Origin: Catajapyx aquilonaris
Taxonomy: Eukaryota
DNA: 48,265 nt
Assembly: GCA_000934665.2 (NCBI GenBank)
Contig: JYFJ02000747.1
Coordinates: 62,001 to 110,265, forward strand
Direction: 5' to 3'
The position numbers were made by a program, and so were the translations under genes. Shown piece by piece: positions 37,714-48,265 of the stretch; position 1 is the first letter of the stretch, and every line of letters begins with the position of its first letter. The notes beneath the pieces were generated by a model that was not told the origin of the DNA, did not search any database, and worked only from the letters and a program-made list of their open reading frames with translations.

Positions 37714-38393
37714 GACTAAACATAGCGGCGCGGTGGAGTGGACCAAACATGGCGGTGGTCACATACCGGACCATATAGATATAGGACGGGTTTCTGTGTA
37801 CAATCCACCATGCTCGCTCTATCTTATATAGTCCTTGTATTAGCCCATGGCGTCTCCATTTCCGCAAATGGCAGGACATCCCCCATATAACGGGACACCA
37901 ATAGTCCTACTCGCCCAGTAAAGTTACATCCCCAAGCTTCTATCTCGCAACTGCAGCCTAATATACCTAAAACCTCAACCATCACACGTAAATCCAGATT
38001 ACAACTGGGCCTGCTTTTCCTAGAGGCAAGGGCGCCGCCCCCCCACACACGTAATTACTAATTACGCGCATGGTTGCGGACATAATGCCGTTTGTAATAG
38101 GTGCTGAATCTTACCGGCACATTCGCCGCTTTAATGAGAGCGCTTGATTTACATTACCGGGGCATGGCGGTGTCCGGGAATGCCCTTGGGGCGATTTACC
38201 ACGCAACTGCTAATGTAATAACACGACCGAGGACAATGTACCAAATAATAGCCTCATTCAATCAGGAGGTTATATGCGCTTGCCTTTTTTTACTGGACTA
38301 ATTTTGCCATTTCTGTCCAGATGAAACTGTTCTGGAAACACTGTTGATGACCTCAGGTCACTACGGGTTGCAAAGAACATTATTAGCCTCTAC

Positions 38394-38643
38394 CAGCCCC
38401 CGGACACTACCCCTACAAGCTACAATCTTATCTTATCGCCTGCCTACATACGGGGGACCCAACATGGTCGCTGGCAGCCATGTTGGGCCAGCATGCAGCG
38501 CTTCCCTTTTGTACCTGTAAAGTTCAACGTAGTCCGGTAGGGTCGCCACATAATTGCTCCGTGGCGCTCTCATGCGGCGCTCTCAGGTGAGCCCCGTCAG
38601 GCGATAAGAGGGAGTGTCCAGACCTTAGTATTCTAAGACCATG
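38394..38643 (-). mobile_element. Fold-back transposon family A, copy 4 (250 bp, internal deletion)
   Basis: Reverse orientation, cagcccccggacact...ttctaagaccatg. TSD cctctac (7 bp, or 8 bp gcctctac if the terminal G is counted). Confidence 0.88.
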
Positions 38644-41600
38644 CCTCTACTTAGGCTGACTAGCCTCCCACAGCCCAACTCCATCTAGCGCTAATTGTCA
38701 ACAACTCCACAACCAATCCTGGAAACATGACCTGAAGCGAATATCCGATAAATTTTCCGGGGGAGGACTCGCCCCTATATCTGCGGCCACACCGCAACAC
38801 AGGATGGGTTACGGTAGGTGAATAATACAGGTCACGATTTGGGAGAGAAAAGGGAGACTATTGATCACGAGAGTAGGATGGAGATTGGAGAAAGCTGCTT
38901 TGACGCCATGAATGCCCTCGGGAAGGAAAATGCATGAAAAAAATAGAAAATTCGGCCATTTGAGGGGCTTCAAGGATTCGACAACTTTTTGGTGGGGGGT
39001 TGCTACCAAAAAATGCCGGCGGACATTTTTTGTTGGCGAACAAGGGAAAGGACAAAGGATCAGAGCGATGCATGGGTAGTATACACAACTACATGATTTA
39101 AGCAAAAAATATTGCAAAAGTTTTAATAAGGACACAATTACTAAAGTGCATTTTCAGATTCCGAACCTATATTGAAAATTACTGCTCTTATATCTCATGG
39201 GTCGCATTCGATCTGTTCAGAATTTGTGGGTGATATTACCATAGCAGGTCACCAGGAAAATGCACGATGCATATGGGAGGAGATAATATATTCGCATCAG
39301 AAACATTGGTTGGTTAAAACCCTTTTTATCCCTCGGCACTATTCGATGCGCAACACCACGATAAGGCTGGACTATTTTTAGCTAGTGTCGATAAGTCGCC
39401 TGAAAGGAGCTTTAGGCTGTATCAATAATGTACAGTACATGACCCATGTACCTGACCTGTCCCTTAGGCAGGTGAGTGACATGGGACGTGAGGCTTCTAC
39501 AATTTTAAGGGTTTGTCACATACATCAATTCAACTTATCCTTCTCCAAATTTCAACATCCTCCTAAAACCCCTAAGTCGTTTATATAAGTGACAAACCTT
39601 CCTCCATTTCCTTCCAAGTCACTCCTGAAAACAGGGTCGAGCCATCGTGTCCACAAAGGAGCCGCCTAAGCCATGTGATGAATCTCACTCCATTACCTGT
39701 CACCTACTTTCCACACCCTATATTTTGGCCACTCACAAAAATTTTCTGAACATACCCCCCAGTAGATGTCAGCATTGCGGGTGTACAAAACAGTAGCGAC
39801 ATCTAGACTTCCAATCTTGGGGTCACACGTTTTTCCCATCTCGTACCGTGCTTTTCCTCCCCATATCCCCACCATTCCACGTCCTTACTAGATATCATTT
39901 AGGGGCGCATGGGATCCATTCATTTGGTCCCCAAACCCAGTCGACGACAACTGTCAACCTCTCTCCTTTCATCTCACTGGCTTCCGGGCTTTTCCCCCCC
40001 ACAGGATTCCCTCCAGATAACACATACCCCTAATGAAATTGGCTGGAAAATCCTCACCGCATTTCACTCTGCACTGTCCCTGAAGCACCTAGACTACTGA
40101 AACTTCTCTCTTTTTTCCTAGTCTATCCGGCTTTCTATGTGATTACCGTCGGTCTTTTGTTGAAAACCGGATTGTATTTCTGGGAGGCCTGGAGGTGCGC
40201 TAACTGAAGTATTGTTCACCAATGGATGGTCAAATGACATGTGGAATTGTTCAGGCTTGGTGGAGGCCGACTGTATGGCAGCATGTTATTGTTCGGTGAA
40301 AAATGGAAAGCATGGTGGGTTGTTATTAGGCACGTGTATTATGCAGCAGTGTGGGAGGGGTATGTTACAATGTGATGGGTAATAATTACCTTCAACATGG
40401 GAATCAGCAATGATATATGACGCATCACACATTCCTGTTGGAAGTATGTAACTCTAAGGAAAAATTCAATATCATATTTGATTATTCAGAATGTGCTGTC
40501 ATTTAGCTATGATACAATTTACACCCACTATTTGCAGGAGAGTACAACATTCTAAATCATTCATTATACGTATTTGAGCTATACGAACCAGCACAGAGGC
40601 CGGAAGCCTGATTAATAATTTAGTAAATTTACTGTCGAAGCGGCTGCCAGCAATGTTGGAACAAACTGTAGGTAAGTAAAATATTAAGTGAACGTATGCA
40701 GCTAATAAAAACTTGACACGAAGCATTTTACAATGAACGATTACAAATATTTTATAATATTTCTTTCACTGCTTCTAATTTTAGTGACATTACCTACTCA
40801 TATAATTGTCATGTGACATGTAAATCTCCAAGGCTACAAGATTTTTCCTCTAATATTATTTTTCAAGCTAGAAGTGGTTCCAAAAATACGAATGTTGAAG
40901 TGTCAGCTAACACATGATGGGCATGCAGCTTAAATTAAAACTACACGAAAAAAATGAAATAGAGCAGACTCTCGCGAAGGGTTCCATATCCGGCAAGATA
41001 TTCTACTAGTTGTGTTGGGAGCTTATTTTCTCAAATTCTTATACTTATATTCTACGAGCTAATATTAGCACTCATAGTGAGCTACTCTGTTAGCTAAGCC
41101 AACATACCACACCATAGGCCTATCCACCACATCGAAATAAAAATCCCCCATACTTGCCCATACAAAAAGCTACATTTCATCCATTCTCTCTCTATAGTAA
41201 AAAATATACCACAAATTTCCATTCCGGAAGGCATTTCAAAATGAAAGCTGTTGGCCTACGGGCAAAAAAAAAATCCGCAATACTGTCCGGCACTTTCATC
41301 ACCCCCTCCGAACTGAAACACTAGAGAGCTGAATCCGAGCCCCGGAAATGTTCCGCGACCCAAGCGGCAATAAGGGAGACGCCATGCGCTTCCCAACCGC
41401 CATTATTATTCATTTGGGGCATGCCTGGGTCGCACTACACGGCACTCGGAGGATTCACTAAACGCCAGCACCATACAAAACCCTCTGCACTATTGTTAGG
41501 AAAAAAGACCAGGAACCCCTTTTTGCTCCTCTAAATTCCCTCCTTTGTTAACCAGGCCTCGGTTGTTAATCCTGCCTGAAATCACGGGGGTGATAATATC

Positions 41601-41898
41601 AATTAGCGCCCTCTGCGATTTGGAGTAGGGGGTAACAGCGCCGCGTGACGACAGGTTGAGGATTTGTTTCGCAAATGGCCTGAGCAGTGAGAGTATGTTG
41701 GATGGTGATAACACGCACTGAGGACTACGTGTTTCGATTGCAAATTTTGGGGCTAGAACCGGTTAGAATTAAGCTAGGATCTGAGAATTAGATGGAGACT
41801 AATTCCTGAATTTATGCTGCATAATAATGAGAGTGTGTTTGAATGTAATTCATCTAAGGTACATTTGTGTTCAAAATTAATAGATTTATAATCCTTGT

Positions 41899-42053
41899 CA
41901 AGGTGTATAGAGTGTATAGGTGTAAAGGTGTATAGGTGTATAGGTGTATAGGTGTATAGGTGTAAAGGTGTATAGGTGTATAGGTGTAAAGGTGTAAAGG
42001 TGTACAGGTGTATAGGTGTATAGGTGTAGGTGTATATGTGTATATACACCTTG
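41899..42053. mobile_element. P-element-like (or hAT-like) MITE whose interior is an 8-bp (ggtgtata)n minisatellite
   Basis: 11-bp perfect TIR CAAGGTGTATA / TATACACCTTG and perfect 8-bp TSD atccttgt (41891-98 / 42054-61). Confidence 0.85.
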
Positions 42054-43731
42054 ATCCTTGTACTATCAGGGTCAAAAATATTATCGTACTGTTATGGAGA
42101 TGTCCGCGAGTTTTTCTCCCGCCATCAGTGTAGAGTACATAATAGTCTCTATTGAGCCTGGGTAATCCCTCAGCCAACACTGATGCCCCCAAAAAGGCCG
42201 GTATACCACCTCCTGCAATACCTCTTTACCATGCCTTCATCCTACTCTTTCAGCCTCATGATTGACAGGACATGGAAAACCCATTTCCAATTCCCAAACT
42301 GTCTTTTTAATCCTGTTACACAGCGTTACAGCCCTAGAGGGCTGGAAGTACCGTTGGGATATACACTATGCATACCCCCCACGTAATACCAACCTTGCAA
42401 TAACCATGGATATGCATTTTTTTTACCCCTTCCAAGCTGTAAAGCAGCCATTTTAGGCTCCTATCCTGAACCAAATGAGGAGGAACATATCCGGATTCTG
42501 GTGGGCTGGAAATAGGTTTATGTCGCCATGCTGAGTGACCTCCTTATCGTTGAGGTCCCAGAATATTCATGGGGGCCAAAGAGAGGCTTTATTGTCGAAA
42601 AGCCTGTGGAGAGAAGCCCTGCTGATATGCCTTTAGAAGCTGGGAGGAAACGAGTTTGTTTATTCCCAGCTATGTTCCGCCAGTGAAAAGGGCCGTTAAG
42701 AGGAGGGTCATATAAAATTTTGGGGGAGGGATGTGGTCATGTGCAGTATTTTAATCCATACGGGAGATTGTCGGAGGAACAATATTATGAGGCACTAGAG
42801 GTTGGCCAGAGAGCGTTGAGGTTGGAGGGTTAATCGTTCATAAATTAACACGCTATTTGTTGTGGGTGGGTCCGCATACTAGTGGGTGAATTTTACAAAT
42901 ATTTAAAAAATCTCAGTGAATTCTGCAAATTTTTCACAATTGACCGGTGTTGCATGATCACACTATCCATGCACAATCCTTCGGGTGTCATAAACTACGA
43001 GCGCTACAGAATCACATTTCCACTTCATTAGTGGCCGCACTAAGCTTATGCTTCATAATGTAGATCAGCTCAATTATTACTGCCAGCCATGACATTGTCA
43101 GCTACGGTATATTGCTAAAAAAATAAAACATTGCAAATTCCAAGCTACTGTGTAATATTCAGCATATACCCTGCATACTGCAAAGATGCAAGGCCAAGTA
43201 GTTAAAAGGAGAGGCTCCCCCTGAGATTTACACTCAACCTCTCCCCCCAAAAAATGAAAGAGCCTGCGTCATAAGGCGGTAAAAGGAAGCAAGCTAGATG
43301 AAATTCTCAGGCCTGTAATAAAACGCGTTATGTTTCCAACCCACGTTAATATTTAACGAAGTGATATTTCCACCCTTCCTTTAGGACCTTGAGACGAAGG
43401 AAAAAGAAGACATGCGGAAATAGTAATCCGGATGCGACAGAGTCAGACAAACAGACAGGCAGACAGCCGCAGGATGGGCCAAATACACAGTGCAGACGGT
43501 GCAGTGGGCGCTGCATCAATCTTTGACTCAGCGACAAATTGAGCTCCGAATCTCTCCCGAAATGTGGAGACTGCAAATTCAGCGCGCTGACTCGAAACGG
43601 ATTGGGAATTCCAGCCTCGGTTCTTATCCCGTTGCTCTATCCGCCGGTAGAAGGTCTATCGCTGACGATAGCGATTGGGGTGGGGGTGGAACAGGAAGGG
43701 ATGCCAAGATGCCGGACATGGGTTTATCGTA

Positions 43732-43797
43732 TGCGCTTGGGCTGGGTGCGGTTAGGCCTACGGGACCATAGGCCTAACCGCACCCAGCCCAAGCGCA
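43732..43797. repeat. Perfect 29-bp inverted repeat with 8-nt spacer
   Basis: tgcgcttgggctgggtgcggttaggccta-cgggacca-taggcctaaccgcacccagcccaagcgca. Confidence 0.95.
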
Positions 43798-46024
43798 CAC
43801 TATATTCATGGAGCTCCATATATTCGGGGTATAACAATATTAAGGATCCTCGTACTGCCAGAGGGGAGATTTAAGCTGGGTGCGTATATTCTGGAAAAAA
43901 AACTGGGCTTTTCTGTTAGCAGGGTCTCGCACTAAATTATGCAACGCGCTCTCAAGAAGTTCGGAATCCGCATTGAATATAATGGGAGAGGTAGAGAGGG
44001 TGCATTGATTTTCATTTGCAGTCGGCGCCTTAATGCATACTTTTAGGTTAATTATTCAAATCGTGTGCACGATCGTCTTGTATCCAATTTCATGTTTAAA
44101 TAGATGCAAAACTTCAGGCATTTTTCAATACTGAATTATTTATGCACATACGAAATTCATAGCTCTCAGTACAGATATACCTACAGCTGTTTCGATGCTC
44201 GTCGTTAAATTAACTGCTAAAATTTTTTTTAGTTGTGATAAAATATATAGGGTTGGCTTTACAGGCAGAATTACTGTGGCCTGTGTGCTGAGTTAGCTGG
44301 AAAGAGAATAACAGTTTGGTGTCTGACTGCCAAGTGCGACAGATGGGCATCTCATCGTTCATCTCCACATAGAAACGGGGTCTGAGAAAAGCGATATATC
44401 TTCCATCACATTACACGCACACAAGTTCCTTAACTGTTGCAACACCCAGACCTATTTCTCAGTTGAAAACGCTTTCAGCGTCCTTTTAACGACGCGGAAA
44501 AGTGAGCGATGATAAAGCACAGTTGAGCATAAATTCAGTGCTGTACGAATGTGATAACAATATTGAGGCAGCACGTGCTAGAGTCATAAATTACACTTTT
44601 TTACTACGAAATGGTTGCGACGAAAGGGGCTAATATTATGGTATTTTATTTCGCAGAAACGCAATTCGCAATTCTTGGTATACAAACTTTTATCAGAAAA
44701 TATGGTCCCATATTTTACAATATGGCTGAACAGTGTCGACAAATAATAAATAAATAGATATTTATAACCCCGCCTGTATCCACAATATGGGATTGATGGC
44801 GAGTTTGGAGTTCGCCAGATGGTGTGAATGCGGGAGGATTCAGCTTTGTAGCCAGTCGTGTGACAGCCTCAGTGAAGGCTATAGTCCTAATAACCAGGTT
44901 AGTGGAACCTTGTCTTGGACCACTAGTGACCCTGACAGGAGGTATGCACATTTGTGGAAATATTCATAAGCAAGAAGAATAAATCTAACCAAAAACGGAC
45001 TCGTAAAAAAACCGCCAAGTCCTTAGCCACTCCGCCTAAAAAAGTTCTGAGATCATGGGTGGACACCAAGCCTCTTTGTGAGACTATAGATTAAGTCAAG
45101 TTACTTGGCTCACGATTGGAGACTATAGACTTACAATAATAATAAGAATAAATTCGTGCAAATAGTGACACATTTTGTAATCCTGTGGTATAAATAGTCA
45201 TTCAGAATGCACCAATCTCTTTTCATTACCCGTACCTCCACCCTGCCACTTACGGCATGCCAAGGGTTTTCAGAGGTTTTTACAGAAACGTTAGGCGAAG
45301 AACTAGAAAGTCGATAGCAAGTCGTTAATTAGAGGAGGTTGGAATTTGGAACGAACTTTTCCCCAGAATGAACTTGTGCATTCGCCTAAAGATGTTTCCA
45401 TCCCCCCCCCCTCCTTCCCCGCCCCTCTCAGGCAACTAGGCCTTCCATCCATTGGATTCCAGAACCTCTACCCAAAGTACTTGGCGCCAACGGTTAATGA
45501 TTTTCCTTATATATTAGCGCAATCGATAGGAGCCGCCCGCCAATCACCGGCATTAATCCATTCCGAATAGATCATTCCGATGCGCTCCTCGCGATAAGTT
45601 GGCCATAACTCGCCCACCACCCCCAAACCCCCTTTTTCCAACGATTATCAAATCCACCCTCACGGGTAATCCCCCACCTAGGGGCAATGCAGAATCCTCG
45701 TGAAAATTTCATGTGGGGCGTGTGTGCTTGATGGGTCTCGATTCGCTGGTTCTGACGACAACAGGCCCAATGGCCGAACAGACTTCGGGGCATAAACCTG
45801 TCCTTAAAGGCTTGTAATTTAACGAAGCGCTCGGCTTCATTGCGTCGAGTTATAGCGTCTCTTCACTCGTGCACCCAGCGCACGGCTTATGTTTGGAAGA
45901 GGAACAAAAAAAAATTCTGAGGGATTATTTACTCCCATTTAAATGGCGACCTGGTTAGATAGCTGAATACGGATGGGATGCTGTAAACATAGGAGTGTAC
46001 TGCAGAAAGTGGGTTAGGGCTGGA

Positions 46025-46312
46025 TGCAAGAGGTCCTAGGTTCTATCCTCGTCTTTCCGGCAGCAAAAATGAGCAAAATATTGATAAACACTTTAAAATA
46101 TCAATATTCACTTAAAATATCGATATTCTCAAAGGTATCGTTATCGATTCATCGATAAGTCAATATACTGCAAGAGGTCCTAGGTTCTATCCTCGTCTTT
46201 CCGGCAGCAAAAATGAGCAAAATATTGATAAACACTTTAAAATATCAATATTCACTTAAAATATCGATATTCTCAAAGGTATCGTCATCGATCCACCGAT
46301 AGGTCAATATAC
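46025..46312. repeat. 144-bp tandem duplication (2 near-identical copies)
   Basis: tgcaagaggtcctaggttctatcc... starts at 46025 and 46169. The few substitutions are near the 3' end. Confidence 0.95.
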
Positions 46313-46995
46313 TGTAAAATACACAAAATAATTGATATTGATATACCAGAAATATCGATACACAACCGAGCATATCGATATTCTCAAAGGCATCAATATC
46401 GCCAATTCGATAAGTCAATATAGTGTAAACTACACAAAACAATCGATATTTATATACCAGAAATATCGATGCACAACCTAAAATATTGATTTTCTCAAAG
46501 AGTAGATATTAAAACCTCCACAAATCAATATAAAAGACTTAAAACTTCAATATTTACATACCCAGAAATATCGATATGCACCAAAAATATTATTATGGAC
46601 TTAGAATATCGATATTCTCAAAATTTTCATTATGGACTTAGAATATCGATATTCTCAAAAATTTAGATATTAAAACATCGATAAGTCCACATGAAATACG
46701 CAGAAATCGATATTTATAATCCCAGAAATATCGATATGTACGGTACCCAAAAGTATCATTACGCTCTTAAAATATCAATGTTCTCAAAAATACTGTAGCC
46801 TATATATCAATAGCCTATAGGCCTAGTAGCCTACAACAGAAAATATCGATATGCATTAAAAAATATCAATATGAACTCCCAATACAGGTATTATCAAGAG
46901 AATCTATTTTCATACTTTGATACGCTCAAACATTGATGTATCAATATCGATATCCTCAACATCGAAAAATCTAATATCGATCTTTTGATAATCGA
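46061..46995. repeat. AT-rich ATCGAT/aatatcgatat-dense degenerate repeat, probably a non-autonomous transposon remnant
   Basis: Many ATCGAT and near-variant palindromes in ~0.9 kb. Termini and TSD not resolved. Confidence 0.6.
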
Positions 46996-47632
46996 ATGGC
47001 CAGAAAAACTTTTCCAGTTAGATATTTTGGACGATTCAGTAACTCTCACCCAGCAGTAAATAATTCTCACCTGGGTTCACAACGTCCGGTTAATTGATCG
47101 GCCGGTATTCGCCAGGGCCTGCTCCAGATTCGGTTTTCGGTCAACACCAATTAAAACTTAGGGAGGGCAGTTCTTCACGAAAGTTTACGTCCACAGCGCA
47201 GAAAACAAGATTCAATTATGCTGCTTGTACCTCCTGTGCCTTGATTGGACCCCCCCTTTAAGCAAAAGCAGGGAGCACAACATCCAAAGTGACGCGCCCT
47301 ATTCTGGCAAAGTAACTTCTAATCATAGTAGACATTTCACGACAAAAGTACTAAGTTCATGGGTGCCGAAATTTCCATCCGGGACCCCATGTTATCGCCT
47401 AAGCATTTCGCAAATATCGTCACCGCTCGAACCTCATTCCCAAACGGTTTTACACCTTGAATATTGTCCCGGCGGCTACGGCGAATTACATATTCGCAGC
47501 TTTTATAGCCTGGATTTATCGCCTTTTACTACGTTGCCACACGACCAAATGGATTAAAGTGTTCTATTTTCGGATAGAACATGCGCATGAGAAACATACT
47601 TTCAGAAGCAAAAACCTGTTTTTTAAAAAATA

Positions 47633-47874
47633 CTAGGAAAACGCTAGCAAACCACTCGCTTCGCTCGCTCTTTTCTAGGCCTACGGCCTGGGGTACCTAT
47701 TCGGCGCACCATATCGCCGGGGAATGGACAGTTTCCCCGGCAACCCAACAGGAGTTGTTTACACCCCCATTGCGCATGAGTAGAACGCGGGCCAATGGGG
47801 AGGTGGCGGTAACAATATGCGGCGGACCAATCAGAGGGCTCGGCCAAATCCCGCAAGGATTTTAATATTATAGA
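47633..47874 (-). mobile_element. Probable non-autonomous Helitron (242 bp)
   Basis: Minus strand begins TCTATAATATTAAAA and ends gagcgagcgaagcgagtggtttgctagcgttttcCTAG followed by T, with no TSD. The 5' flanking base is G rather than the usual A. Confidence 0.6.
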
Positions 47875-48265
47875 CTGTTTTCTCTTCTGAGCTGACTTAT
47901 TTTATAATTTTTAAACAAATCCCACATATTACCACAAAACTTTTAACGTGTCCTATGTACAGTATGAGCCAATGTATCGGCAACCTTTTCAGCTAGTTCC
48001 AGAGGCTTGTGGAGGGCTGATTTATAGCACAGATTATCATGAGTTTGGGAAGCATTACTCGGCTTTCCCCAAGGCTGATTACCATAACAACCATGTCCTT
48101 TGATGAATGTGCACGTAACTTGAGCTGCCTATGAGATTACACAGAGAGGAGGGGGGGGAGGTATTTTAGTAGGCCTCTTTTGGGCCGTTCAAGCCTTATA
48201 ATCAGGGGGGTAGTGGCTGTAGTTTCAATGTTTTTGTTCCGGAAAAAAATATCGCGGGGGGGGGG

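Noticed and set aside
44181..44204. Minus-strand CGACGAG-CAT-CGAAACAGCTGTA resembling a minimal hammerhead ribozyme
   Set aside because: The core lacks the invariant CUGA and no stem I can form. At most a dead remnant.

Overview
Eukaryotic (metazoan, probably invertebrate) genomic DNA with no operons, rRNA, tRNA or CRISPR. The only convincing protein-coding signal is one minus-strand spliced gene. Ten GT-AG exons between 22488 and 228 join in matching codon phase into one open frame of 1655 nt (~551 codons). The protein reads: EGF-like domain, one atypical cadherin domain, a furin-type RAKR site, then at least two tandem ~160-170 aa beta-rich modules that I cannot assign to a named family. 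The gene runs off the left edge and its first (signal-peptide) exon was not identified. Nearly all listed six-frame ORFs are chance or repeat-derived. The introns and upstream ~26 kb hold many small non-autonomous DNA transposons defined here by their TSDs and termini. These include a 4-copy fold-back family with 7-8 bp TSDs but asymmetric, non-inverted ends; a 2-copy fold-back family with TAA TSDs; hAT-like, Tc1/mariner-like and P-like MITEs; a probable Helitron; several minisatellites; and a 29-bp perfect hairpin.
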